In this document: positions 39,110 to 49,008 of the stretch, one piece after another
Numbering within the stretch: the stretch's first letter is position 1
How the letters are laid out: the number at the start of each line of letters is the position of its first letter
Source: an uncultured Polaribacter sp.
GTDB taxonomy: Bacteria; Bacteroidota; Bacteroidia; Flavobacteriales; Flavobacteriaceae
Reading direction: 5' to 3'
Length of the DNA stretch: 64,000 nucleotides
NCBI GenBank assembly: GCA_913047375.1
Contig: CAJWTV010000004.1
Span: 12,428 to 76,427, forward strand
Notes under the pieces: generated by a model
The model's input: only the letters and a program-made list of their open reading frames with translations
Databases searched by the model: none
What the model was told of the DNA's origin: nothing
Position numbers and translations under genes: made by a program

Positions 39110-41083
39110 ATGTTAGATAACAATCCAGATAACGTTGAAGATAACTTTGAAAAGAAATTTGAAGAAAACTCTGAAGAAAATAAAAATAATTCAATTAATG
39201 AAGCTGTAGACTCTCTAATTGAATCCCCAGATGAACTTCAAGAAATTAAAGATACAACTCAATTAATAGATTCGGAAGTTAGTTTGACAATTAAAAATAC
39301 CGAATTTTCTGAATCTATAGAAGAAATCGAAGTAAAAGCAGCTGTGGAGGCAGAGGATGTCAAAATCGTTGTAAAAGAAATTAAAGATATAGATTATTCT
39401 AAAATGAACTTAGAAAATTTAGTATCCGAGTTAGAAAAGGTCATAAATGAACAACCTGTTAATAAAGTAAAAAAACAAGTTGATGGTATAAAAAATATAT
39501 TTAATCAACAGTTTGGAGTACTCTTAGCAGAAAAAAAAGCTGATTTTATTAGCGCAGGTGGTGAAAGTTTAGACTTTCAGTTTTCTAGCCCATTAAAAAC
39601 CCAATACAATCTTTTATTGTCTAAGCATAAAAAAGAACGTGATGCTTTCTACAATGATCAAGAAAAGGCACAAAGAGTAAATTTAGATAAGCGATTTGAA
39701 GTCATAGAAAATTTAAAAAACTTAATTATTAATGCTGATACAAAAACAATGTACAAGCATTTTAAAGAGTTACAAGACTCTTGGCGTGCTATAGGACCTG
39801 TCTCTAAGACAAAATATAATGATACTTGGAAAATATATCATCATCATGTAGAGCGATTTTATGACCTTCTCCATTTAAGCAATGATTTTAGAGATCTAGA
39901 TTTTAAAAATAATCTAGAAGAAAAGTTAAAAATCATTCTAAAAGCAGAGTCTTTAGCAGAAAATGAAAATATTAACGATTCCTTTAAAGAGTTACAAGAA
40001 TTACATAAAATTTGGAAAGAAGATATTGGTCCTGTAGCTAGAGAAATGCGAGAAAAAATTTGGAAGAAATTTAGTCAAGCTACTAAAAAAATACATGACA
40101 AGCGTCATGATTATTATAGATCAATGAAAACTAAGTTTGATGAAATGATTCATAATAAATTACAAATTATTTCTCAAATTAATGATTTAGATACTTCAAA
40201 AAATAATAATCATAGTGATTGGCAATCTAGTATTAACGAGATAGAAAAGTTAAGACAAGCTTATTTTAATGAAGGTAAATTACCTTATGCTAAGAGTGAG
40301 GAAATCTGGCAAAAATTTAAGATTGCTACAAAGAGTTTTAATAAAGCTAAAAATAATTTTTATAAAGGAGAAAAAGACAGTCAGCAAGACAATTTGAATA
40401 AAAAAATTGCTCTTATTGAACTAGCTGAATCTTTAAAAAACAGTACAGATTGGGAATCTTCAACGGACATAATGAAAAAAATTCAGTCTGATTGGAAAAA
40501 AATAGGACATGTGCCACGTAAGTTTTCAGATGATGTTTGGAAACGTTTTAAGGATGCATGCAATTATTACTTTGATGAATTCCATAAAAATAAAAATGCA
40601 GTAAGTTCTGAGGATCAATTGATAATTGATGGCAAAAAAGCTTTTTTAGAAAAAATTAAAAAAGAAGAATATAATACAAAAGAAGCACTTTTAGAAGCTA
40701 TAAATTTATGGAAGGATTTAGGTAGTCTTCCAAGGAGCGTTCGTCATTTAGAAGGGAAGTTTAATAAACAAATAGATCGTTTGATTTCTTCATTATCTAT
40801 AGATAAACATGAAATAGAAATACTGAGATTTAAAAATAAAGTTGATAGTTTTGCTTCTAATAATGATGTTAGAAAATTAGATTCAGAACAAATATTTATT
40901 AGAAAAAAGGTAGATGAATTCATAAGAGAAACCCAACAGTTAGAGAATAATTTAGGTTTCTTTTCTAATGCAAAACCGGATAATCCATTAGTATTGAATG
41001 TGAAATTAAGACTAGATGAGTTTAAACAAGACCTATCACTTTGGAAAGAAAAGTTAAACTATATCAAAAAATTAAACTATTAA
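39110..41083 (+). CDS. DUF349-repeat protein
   Basis: Repeats WRAIGPV, WKEDIGPV and WKKIGHVP; acidic N-terminus. Confidence 0.9.
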   Translation: MLDNNPDNVEDNFEKKFEENSEENKNNSINEAVDSLIESPDELQEIKDTTQLIDSEVSLTIKNTEFSESIEEIEVKAAVEAEDVKIVVKEIKDIDYSKMNLENLVSELEKVINEQPVNKVKKQVDGIKNIFNQQFGVLLAEKKADFISAGGESLDFQFSSPLKTQYNLLLSKHKKERDAFYNDQEKAQRVNLDKRFEVIENLKNLIINADTKTMYKHFKELQDSWRAIGPVSKTKYNDTWKIYHHHVERFYDLLHLSNDFRDLDFKNNLEEKLKIILKAESLAENENINDSFKELQELHKIWKEDIGPVAREMREKIWKKFSQATKKIHDKRHDYYRSMKTKFDEMIHNKLQIISQINDLDTSKNNNHSDWQSSINEIEKLRQAYFNEGKLPYAKSEEIWQKFKIATKSFNKAKNNFYKGEKDSQQDNLNKKIALIELAESLKNSTDWESSTDIMKKIQSDWKKIGHVPRKFSDDVWKRFKDACNYYFDEFHKNKNAVSSEDQLIIDGKKAFLEKIKKEEYNTKEALLEAINLWKDLGSLPRSVRHLEGKFNKQIDRLISSLSIDKHEIEILRFKNKVDSFASNNDVRKLDSEQIFIRKKVDEFIRETQQLENNLGFFSNAKPDNPLVLNVKLRLDEFKQDLSLWKEKLNYIKKLNY

Positions 41084-41164
41084 AAATTATTTGTATTAAA
41101 CATTTATTACCCCTGTCGTTTCATCTTAAATTGTAGTATATTTTTTGATTATCAAAAGATTAAA

Positions 41165-41653
41165 TTATTTATGATTTTTAGGAAATTCAATCATAAAAGT
41201 CTTCCCTTTTTTTATGTTTTTCCAATGAATTTCGTCAAATCGAATTCCTATTACTCCACAAGTTGGAACGTACGCTATAGGTTTACTTCCATATTTATTT
41301 ACAAAGGTATTTATACCGTGGTCATGACTGAAAATTATTGCAGAATTATAATCGTCATCTAATGCATTTACTGTTTTTACCAGATAACCATCACTAAAAT
41401 TATATAATTGTTTTCTAATATTTAGATTTGAGAGTGGGTATTTTAAATTTTCACAAAAGATTACTGCAGTGTGAAGTGCTCTGTTTGCACTACTTGAAAT
41501 AAACACATCAGGTTTGGTAACTTCTTTTGATAAGAAATTAGAAATTAAATGTGCATCTTTTATCCCCCGTTTTTTTAAGGGTCTATCTATATCTTCAATT
41601 CCCTCATATTCCCAAGAAGACTTTGCATGACGAACAATATATAAAGTTTTCAT
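41165..41653 (-). CDS. sixA: SixA-like histidine phosphatase
   Basis: RHAKSSW, DRPL and SSSANRA. Confidence 0.88.
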   Translation of the reverse strand: MKTLYIVRHAKSSWEYEGIEDIDRPLKKRGIKDAHLISNFLSKEVTKPDVFISSSANRALHTAVIFCENLKYPLSNLNIRKQLYNFSDGYLVKTVNALDDDYNSAIIFSHDHGINTFVNKYGSKPIAYVPTCGVIGIRFDEIHWKNIKKGKTFMIEFPKNHK

Positions 41654-41683
41654 TTGATTATTTATTGTGTGTAAATATAAAAT

Positions 41684-42331
41684 TTATGGCGCTAAACGTT
41701 CCAATTTCCAGGAAAAATCTTTTTGTAAAGTATATCTAATCCTATCATGCATTCTATTTGGTCTTCCTTGCCAAAACTCGACTGATAAAGGTTTTATCAA
41801 ATAACCACCCCAATGCTCAGGTCTTGGAATTTTTACGCCTTGAAATTTATTTTCTATGGATATTAAACGATCTGTTAATTCTTTTTTTGAAGAAACAACA
41901 CTACTTTGTGGAGAAGCCCAAGCACCTAATTTACTTCCATTTGGTCTGGAGTTAAAATAATTATCAGATAGTTCGTTTGACAATTTCTCTGCGATCCCTT
42001 TTATTATAATTTGTTGTTCTAGAGCTGGCCAATAAAAAGAAATACAAATATTATTATTCTCATCTATTGCTTTCGCTTTTTCTGAGTTATAGTTAGTATA
42101 AAAAATCAAACCTTCTTCAGTATATTTTTTTAATAAAACAACTCTACTTTTTGGAAATCCGTCACTACCTATAGTAGAAATAGTCATTGCATTAGTTTCT
42201 TCAATAGCATCTATTTTATCTGCTTTTAAAAACCAATCTTTAAATAACTCCATTGGTTTTTTAGGACAATTATTTTCTAAAAGTTCTTGTTTATCGTACG
42301 ATTTGCGATAGTTGCTTAAATCTTTTTCCAT
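41684..42331 (-). CDS. pdxH: Pyridoxamine 5'-phosphate oxidase
   Basis: SRVVLLK, FYTNYNS and EFWQGRPNRMHDR. Confidence 0.97.
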   Translation of the reverse strand: MEKDLSNYRKSYDKQELLENNCPKKPMELFKDWFLKADKIDAIEETNAMTISTIGSDGFPKSRVVLLKKYTEEGLIFYTNYNSEKAKAIDENNNICISFYWPALEQQIIIKGIAEKLSNELSDNYFNSRPNGSKLGAWASPQSSVVSSKKELTDRLISIENKFQGVKIPRPEHWGGYLIKPLSVEFWQGRPNRMHDRIRYTLQKDFSWKLERLAP

Positions 42332-43764
42332 TATTTTATTTTAATTAAATACAATCCTATAAATGTTACAATCCCATTTAATATTAATAATGAAAAACCA
42401 AAATCAAAACCGGTAAATATTAATGTAAAATCATTTACTATATAGGTTACAAAGGGTGATAGAATACAAATAATTGGGGCAAATCTATCTTTTATTTTAA
42501 GTTTTGTAAACAACCCAAAAGCATATAAACCTAACAATGGTCCATAAGTGTAATTAGCGAATGTAAAAATTTTCACAATTACGCTTTCGTCAGCTATGAA
42601 ATATTTAAAAATTAAAATTGTAGCTATTAGAATTAAAGAAAATAAAACATGAATTTTCTTTCGAATTTTAATTTGATCATTTTTATTTTTTTTCTTATCA
42701 ATTTCTAGTATATCAATACTAAAAGATGTGGTTAGGGAAGTTAAAGCTGAGTCTGCACTAGAATATGCAGCTGCTATTAGTCCAAGTAAAAAAAACATTG
42801 CTGTGGCTAAACCTAAACCACTGTTATTTGCTATAATGGGAAACAGTTGATCTTTATGAGCATCTATTCCATTCTTTTGAGCATAATCCGTCAATAAAAT
42901 ACCTAATGCCAAAAAGAAAAAGTTTACAATAACTAAAACAATAGTAAACCAAAACATATTTTTTTGTGCATCTTTTAGTGATCTGCAGGTCAAGTTTTTT
43001 TGCATCATATCTTGGTCTAAACCAGTCATTACTATAGCAATAAAGGCACCAGCAAGAAAACGTTTCCAAAAATAATTTCCAGAGCTTACATCATCAAAAA
43101 AGAAAGTTTTAGATAATTCACTTTCTCCAATATATGAGAAAATATTACTTATTTGTAATTCGTTACTAATATTGTAGATACAAACTCCAACTGCTATTAG
43201 CATAAATAATGTTTGTAATGCATCTGTCCAGACTATAGTTTTTATACCACCTTTAAATGTATATATCCAAATCAATAAAATAGTTAATGAAACAGTTAAC
43301 CAAAAAGGTATTCCATATGCATCAAATAGCAATAGTTGTAGAACATTAGCAACTAAGAATAATCTGAAAGCTGCACCTATAGTTCTTGATAATAAAAAAA
43401 AACTCGCACCAGTTTTGTATGAATATATTCCAAACCTAGTTTGTAAATATGTGTAAATAGAGATTAAGTTTAGTTTGTAATATAATGGAAGTAATACAAG
43501 GCCAATTACTGCATACCCAACAATGTAGCCTAATACCATTTGAAAATAACTCATTCCTTGATCTTCAACCCAGCCAGGTACAGAAATGAATGTCACACCT
43601 GAAAGTGATGCACCAATCATACCAAAAGCAACCAAATACCAAGGGGAAGAATTATTAGCTTTGAAAAAAGTTTTATTATCTGCTGACTTTCCTGTGAAAT
43701 AAGAAATTAAAATTAAGATACTAAAATAACCTATAATTAGAAATATAATATACTCTGGTTTCAT
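42331..43764 (-). CDS. Sodium:solute symporter
   Basis: SLSGVTFISVPG, GGIKTIVWTD and GLDQDMMQK; many TM helices. Confidence 0.93.
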   Translation of the reverse strand: MKPEYIIFLIIGYFSILILISYFTGKSADNKTFFKANNSSPWYLVAFGMIGASLSGVTFISVPGWVEDQGMSYFQMVLGYIVGYAVIGLVLLPLYYKLNLISIYTYLQTRFGIYSYKTGASFFLLSRTIGAAFRLFLVANVLQLLLFDAYGIPFWLTVSLTILLIWIYTFKGGIKTIVWTDALQTLFMLIAVGVCIYNISNELQISNIFSYIGESELSKTFFFDDVSSGNYFWKRFLAGAFIAIVMTGLDQDMMQKNLTCRSLKDAQKNMFWFTIVLVIVNFFFLALGILLTDYAQKNGIDAHKDQLFPIIANNSGLGLATAMFFLLGLIAAAYSSADSALTSLTTSFSIDILEIDKKKNKNDQIKIRKKIHVLFSLILIATILIFKYFIADESVIVKIFTFANYTYGPLLGLYAFGLFTKLKIKDRFAPIICILSPFVTYIVNDFTLIFTGFDFGFSLLILNGIVTFIGLYLIKIK

Positions 43765-43886
43765 TTTTAAAATTTTCCTTATTCTGCATTACGAATATAA
43801 GTTTTTTAGAATACAGAATTTAAATAAAATGATAAATAATTATAAATATTTAGCGTTACTTTTTTCTATTTTTCTCAATAATAACT

Positions 43887-43894
43887 TAAATTTG
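43887..43894 (+). promoter_or_regulatory. -7 element (TAAATTTG) of recR
   Basis: Exact TAnnTTTG match 5 nt before the ATG. Confidence 0.7.
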
Positions 43895-43899
43895 CAGCT

Positions 43900-44517
43900 A
43901 TGGATTTTTCGTCAAAATTATTAGAAAATGCTGTAAACGAAATGTCACGTTTACCTGGTATTGGAAAACGAACAGCTTTGCGTTTGATCTTACATTTACT
44001 TAAGCAGCCAAAAGATAATACAAAGTATTTATCTGAAGCGTTGTTACATTTAAGAAATGAGGTAAATACTTGTGAGCAATGTCATAATATATCTGACACT
44101 CTTATATGTGACATATGTAGTAGCTCAAAAAGGAATCGAGAAATTATTTGTGTTGTAGAGGATATTAGAGATGTAATGGCTATAGAAAGTACTTCACAAT
44201 TTAATGGAAAATATCATGTTTTAGGTGGTAAGATTTCCCCAATTGAAGGAATTGGACCCCAAAACTTACAAATAGAATCACTCGTTAATAAGGTTGGTAG
44301 TGGAGAAGTTAAAGAGCTTATTTTTGCCTTAAGTTCAACGATGGAGGGAGATACTACAAATTTTTATATCTTCAAGCAAATAGAAAAATTTAAAATCACA
44401 ACATCTACAATTGCCCGTGGAATTTCAGTTGGTGATGAATTAGAATATGCCGATGAAATTACTCTGGGAAGATCTATTGTAAATAGGATCCCATTTGAAC
44501 AGAGTATAAAAGGTTAG
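43900..44517 (+). CDS. recR: Recombination mediator RecR
   Basis: [10 protein letters not shown]4 zinc finger CEQC..CDIC, ICVVE and GDELEYAD. Confidence 0.97.
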   Translation: MDFSSKLLENAVNEMSRLPGIGKRTALRLILHLLKQPKDNTKYLSEALLHLRNEVNTCEQCHNISDTLICDICSSSKRNREIICVVEDIRDVMAIESTSQFNGKYHVLGGKISPIEGIGPQNLQIESLVNKVGSGEVKELIFALSSTMEGDTTNFYIFKQIEKFKITTSTIARGISVGDELEYADEITLGRSIVNRIPFEQSIKG

Positions 44518-44539
44518 TAACTATTTTGCTTTAAAGTCA

Positions 44540-45115
44540 TTATTTAAGATTCTCACCCTTATTATTTCTTTTTTCCCAGCTTTTATTTTTTCTAATTGTT
44601 TTGTATAGCTTTATTCCAAGCATCATTAAGATTCCAAAAAGAATAATACCGATAACCCCCCAGACCCAATTAATAGCACTTTTTAGAGTTACCAGAAAGA
44701 CAATAGCAAAAAGAATAATAGTTGCAATTTCATTAAAAATACGCAGTCTAAAAGCAGAATATTTAATAATATCATTTTGTAGTTTTTTAAAGATGTGGTG
44801 ACAAAATCCATGATAAAAATATAGAGCTAAAACAAAAGCAAGTTTTACAATCATCCATGGTTCTAGAAGATAATAAGGGTTTTGATATATCATCCAGAAA
44901 CCAAATCCACCTGCTAAAATAGAAGACGGCCAAGTAATAATATACCAAAGCCTTTTACTCATTAATTTAAATTGAGTTTGTAAAATTTCTTTAGCAGGCT
45001 GTAATTTATCTTCTGCTTCTGTTTGATAAATAAACAAACGTACTATATAAAATAAACCAGCAAACCAGGTTATCACAAAAATTATATGTAAAGATTTAAC
45101 GTATAAGAATTCCAT
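44540..45115 (-). CDS. hemJ: Protoporphyrinogen IX oxidase HemJ (CopD/UPF0093 family)
   Basis: KSLHIIFVITWFAGLFY.RLF and RIFNE; adjacent to hemH. Confidence 0.88.
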   Translation of the reverse strand: MEFLYVKSLHIIFVITWFAGLFYIVRLFIYQTEAEDKLQPAKEILQTQFKLMSKRLWYIITWPSSILAGGFGFWMIYQNPYYLLEPWMIVKLAFVLALYFYHGFCHHIFKKLQNDIIKYSAFRLRIFNEIATIILFAIVFLVTLKSAINWVWGVIGIILFGILMMLGIKLYKTIRKNKSWEKRNNKGENLK

Positions 45116-45124
45116 TTTATAAAG

Positions 45125-46141
45125 TTAAGAGTTATTCCATTTATTAATCCAAGAAACCATTACATCTACCCAATCATCATTATCATTCATACAAGGTATG
45201 TGCTTATAATCTGTTCCACCCGCTTCTATAAAATCTTCTTTTCCTTCCATTGCAATCTCCTCAAGAGTTTCTAAACAATCAGAAACAAAAGCAGGTGTTA
45301 TAACGGCTAATTTTTTCTTTCCCATTGATGGAAATTTCTCTAGCTCGAAATCTGTGTAAGGTTTTAACCACGGATCTTTTAATAACCTTGATTGAAATGA
45401 GTTACTATAGGTTCCTTCTTTCAGCTTTAAGGATTTGGCAATTCCTTTGGTAGTTTCAAAACATTGATGTCTGTAACAGGTGTAATGAGCAACAGAATTT
45501 TGCTCACAACACGAACCATCTAGTTTACAGTGACTCTTTGTGGGGTCTGATTTTTTAATATGACGTTCTGGAATTCCGTGATATGAAAATAAAACATGAT
45601 CATAATCAAATCCTTTTAGATGTGTTGCGATATTATCACTCATAGCTTTTATATAATCTGGTTTATTATAAAATGGAGGTAGAGTATCTAATTTTACATG
45701 CGGATATTTTTTGGATAAAATCTCTTCAGCCTGAGTAACAACTGTTTCGTAAGAAGACATTGCATAATGTGGGTATAGTGGAGCTAAAAATATTTTTGTA
45801 ACACCTTTATTAATTAAATTCTCTATACCTTGATCCATACTCATAGATCCATATCGCATTGCTAATTCGACCGGTATATCAGTTTTTTCTATTACTTTTT
45901 TTGTAAATCTCTGAGATATTACTACTAAAGGAGACCCTTCTTTCCACCAGATTTTTTTGTAGGCAGCTCCAGATTTTTTAGGTCTAATTTTTAAAATGAT
46001 ACCTTTAATCAGTATCCAGCGCTTCCAAAATGGAATATCTATAACTCGCTCATCCATTAAAAATTCACCTAAATACCTTTTAACATCTTTTGTTTCAGTA
46101 CTATCAGGCGATCCTAAATTATTTAATAATATTCCTTTCAT
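45125..46141 (-). CDS. hemH: Ferrochelatase
   Basis: NLGSP, AMRYG, FSYHGIP, FQSR, WLKPYT and DCLETLEE. Confidence 0.96.
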   Translation of the reverse strand: MKGILLNNLGSPDSTETKDVKRYLGEFLMDERVIDIPFWKRWILIKGIILKIRPKKSGAAYKKIWWKEGSPLVVISQRFTKKVIEKTDIPVELAMRYGSMSMDQGIENLINKGVTKIFLAPLYPHYAMSSYETVVTQAEEILSKKYPHVKLDTLPPFYNKPDYIKAMSDNIATHLKGFDYDHVLFSYHGIPERHIKKSDPTKSHCKLDGSCCEQNSVAHYTCYRHQCFETTKGIAKSLKLKEGTYSNSFQSRLLKDPWLKPYTDFELEKFPSMGKKKLAVITPAFVSDCLETLEEIAMEGKEDFIEAGGTDYKHIPCMNDNDDWVDVMVSWINKWNNS

Positions 46142-46155
46142 TATTTTATTTGAAA

Positions 46156-46662
46156 TTATTTTGTTTTTATTTTATTTGTAATTTCATATAGAGTTATTGC
46201 TAAACTGTGTATTACGTTCATAGACGAATTTCTGCCAAACATTGGTATAGAAGTTGAATAATCTACTAGTTCGGTGCTGGTGATTCCTTTTCTCTCACTA
46301 CCTAAAAGTAACACGATTTTTTTGTATTTTTCAAATTTAAAATCTTGAATATTTATGCTTTTATCAGTAATTTCTATAGCAATAATAGTATTACCCTCAG
46401 CTCTTAATTTATTTATAATTTCTGAGAAATCTTTGTAATAGTCATATTCAATTTGATTAATGGTATTTCTTGCAGTTTTTTTGACAATTCTATTTTCTGT
46501 GTTAGGAGAGCTTTCATGAAAATATATTTTTTTTATCCCAAAACTTTCAGATATTCGAAAACACATTCCAATATTTTCCGGAGTCCTAATTGCATCACAA
46601 ACAATAGTTATAGGAAACTGTTTCTGATTATTATCTATTTCATAATGGGATAATTGTTTCAA
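46156..46662 (-). CDS. TrmH/SpoU-family RNA methyltransferase
   Basis: PENIG..FR, LGSERKG and IPMFG..SSMNV; TTG start. Confidence 0.9.
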   Translation of the reverse strand: MKQLSHYEIDNNQKQFPITIVCDAIRTPENIGMCFRISESFGIKKIYFHESSPNTENRIVKKTARNTINQIEYDYYKDFSEIINKLRAEGNTIIAIEITDKSINIQDFKFEKYKKIVLLLGSERKGITSTELVDYSTSIPMFGRNSSMNVIHSLAITLYEITNKIKTK

Positions 46663-46673
46663 AATACAAATCT

Positions 46674-47558
46674 TTATTGATTATGGCTCATTACATGTTT
46701 TTTTGGAGTTGTGCCAAATTTCTTTTTAAATGCGGCTATAAAGTGGCTTGCTGAACTATAACCAACCTGAAGACCAACTTCATTTACATTAAATTTATTA
46801 CTCTCTAATAGTTTACGTGAGTATTCCATTTTATAATCAAATAAAAAACTGTAAACTGTATCACCATAAATTTGTTTAAAACCCTCCTTTAATTTTTTTA
46901 GATTTAGTCCAATTTCAGTAGATAACTCTTGTAAACTTGGTGGCTCTGCCATTCTGGATATAATAATTTCCTTTGCCTTTCTAATCTTTAAGACATTTTC
47001 TTCATCTACTAAAAAAGGACAGTATTCTGAAGATGTACTTTCCTCTTTTTGAAAATGTAAACTAAGTAATTCGTATACTTTTCCTTTAACATATAAATCC
47101 CTAACAGAGCTATTAATGTTTGAGTTTATTATTTGTTGTAAAACAATTGAAACAGTAGGTTTAATTTCTGCATCATCATAGTATTTTTTATTACTATTCT
47201 GACTACTTAAAAAAGGAATATAACCTGATTCTTTTGAAAATAAAGAATGAAATTTTTCAATTGATATCATTAATGAAACCAGTGTGGTTTTAGGTTGGAT
47301 ATCTAGATTTATTGGGAGAGTTCTTTGGGGGTTATATAAAAGGATTGACCTGTTGTCTAAAACATCAAAAGAATATGAACCATTATTAAACAGAAATTTA
47401 GAATTACCTCTCAGGCAAAAATGCATTTGTATAAAAGAACTATCTATTTCTCTTACGAAATTTTGTATTGTATTACTTTCATTCTGAAAATGAAGAATAT
47501 AAAACCCTTTTTCTAAGGTGATTTCGTCTAAAGAACTTTCTCCGACATTTTTAAGCAT
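46674..47558 (-). CDS. AraC-family transcriptional regulator
   Basis: C-terminal LKEGFKQIYG and VGYSSASHFIAAFKKKFGTTP. Confidence 0.93.
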   Translation of the reverse strand: MLKNVGESSLDEITLEKGFYILHFQNESNTIQNFVREIDSSFIQMHFCLRGNSKFLFNNGSYSFDVLDNRSILLYNPQRTLPINLDIQPKTTLVSLMISIEKFHSLFSKESGYIPFLSSQNSNKKYYDDAEIKPTVSIVLQQIINSNINSSVRDLYVKGKVYELLSLHFQKEESTSSEYCPFLVDEENVLKIRKAKEIIISRMAEPPSLQELSTEIGLNLKKLKEGFKQIYGDTVYSFLFDYKMEYSRKLLESNKFNVNEVGLQVGYSSASHFIAAFKKKFGTTPKKHVMSHNQ

Positions 47559-47585
47559 TTCTATTCATTTATTAATTTTTATTCT

Positions 47586-47604
47586 ATTTAGAATGATTCT
47601 ATAT
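47586..47604. promoter_or_regulatory. Fur-box-like 9-1-9 palindrome ATTTAGAAT-G-ATTCTATAT
   Basis: 8 of 9 arm positions are palindromic; resembles the recalled flavobacterial Fur box ATTTAGAATnATTCTAAAT. Confidence 0.65.
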
Positions 47605-47736
47605 AAAAATAATTCGTAAGGTTATTATTACTGCAAAAATAGGGCTTTTCATCTGTTTTTTAAAAAAAAAGTGATGAAAAAACACAGAACGTTATTAAAA
47701 GTACTTTTAGCGACACTTTTATCATAATGAAGTTTA

Positions 47737-47744
47737 TATTTTTG
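47737..47744 (+). promoter_or_regulatory. -7 element (TATTTTTG) of the hemA operon
   Basis: TAnnTTTG match 19 nt upstream of the hemA ATG. Confidence 0.6.
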
Positions 47745-47763
47745 TTAAATCTTTTAAATATAT

Positions 47764-48999
47764 ATGCAACACGATTTACAAAAGTACTTTTACAATATTG
47801 GCGTTAGTTATATTAAAGCCGACGCAAGCACACGAGGGAAATTTTCTTTATCAAAACCTAGTCAAGCTTCCTTACTAGAATTAGCAAAGGAGAAAAAAAT
47901 CGAAGGAGTTTTTATATTGTCAACGTGTAATAGAACCGAGGTTTGTGGTTTTGTAGAACATCCCAATCAGTTAATAGAGCTTTTATGTCATTTCTCAAAG
48001 GGATCAGTGGCGGAATTCGCAGAGATTTCAAATGTATATAAAAATCAAGAAGCTATAAATCATCTTTTTAGAATAGGTACTGGATTGGAGAGTCAAATCC
48101 TAGGAGATTATGAGATTATTGGTCAGTTAAGACAGTCTTTTAAAATGGCAAAAGTTAAAAAAACAACAAATGCTTATTTAGAAAGATTACTTGATAGTGT
48201 AATGCAAGCCAGTAAAAAAGTCAAGAACGAAACAAAATTAAGTTCTGGAACAACTTCTGTGTCCTATGCTGCTGTTCAATATATAATTAAAAATTTACCA
48301 GATTTTAATTCTAAAAAAATACTTGTTTTTGGTTTAGGTAAAATGGGAAAACATACTTGCAAAAACTTAGCTGAATACACTCAGAATAAAACTGTTTGTT
48401 TAGTAAATAGATCAGAGGAGAAAGCTGCAGAGTTTGTTAAAGAATTCGCTTCAATTAGAAAGTCTGAAATTCAATATTTATCAGATGAAATTAAAGAGGC
48501 AGATGTATTGATTGTCTCCACTGGTTCTGATAAGGCGACTATTACAAAAGATCATATCCATGAAGATAAAAAATTATTGATATTAGATTTATCAATGCCA
48601 CAAAATGTATCTAAAGAAGTTACTGATTTCAAAGGAGTTTCTCTAATAAATGTAGATGTACTTTCTAAGATAACAGATAATACCCTAGCTGTTCGTCAAA
48701 AAGAAATTCCTTTTGCAGAATCAATTATAGATATCCATAAAAAAGAATTTAATGATTGGTTAAGTCACAGAAGATTTACACCCGCAATAGCCGTATTAAA
48801 ACAGTCGTTAGAAATAATCAAGAAGGATGAAATTAATTTTCAGAAGAAAAGAATAAGTAATTTTGATGAAGATCAAGCGGAAATTTTGACTTCTAGATTT
48901 ATTCAAAAAATAACAACACAATTTGTGAAACATTTAAAAGAAGAAGATGCTTCTGTTTCGCAAAGCTTACAACTTATACAAAAGGTATTTCAACCTTAG
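47764..48999 (+). CDS. hemA: Glutamyl-tRNA reductase
   Basis: STCNRTE, GLESQILGDYEIIGQ, GLGKMG and DLSMP. Confidence 0.96.
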   Translation: MQHDLQKYFYNIGVSYIKADASTRGKFSLSKPSQASLLELAKEKKIEGVFILSTCNRTEVCGFVEHPNQLIELLCHFSKGSVAEFAEISNVYKNQEAINHLFRIGTGLESQILGDYEIIGQLRQSFKMAKVKKTTNAYLERLLDSVMQASKKVKNETKLSSGTTSVSYAAVQYIIKNLPDFNSKKILVFGLGKMGKHTCKNLAEYTQNKTVCLVNRSEEKAAEFVKEFASIRKSEIQYLSDEIKEADVLIVSTGSDKATITKDHIHEDKKLLILDLSMPQNVSKEVTDFKGVSLINVDVLSKITDNTLAVRQKEIPFAESIIDIHKKEFNDWLSHRRFTPAIAVLKQSLEIIKKDEINFQKKRISNFDEDQAEILTSRFIQKITTQFVKHLKEEDASVSQSLQLIQKVFQP

Positions 49000-49008
49000 T
49001 GAAAAGAT

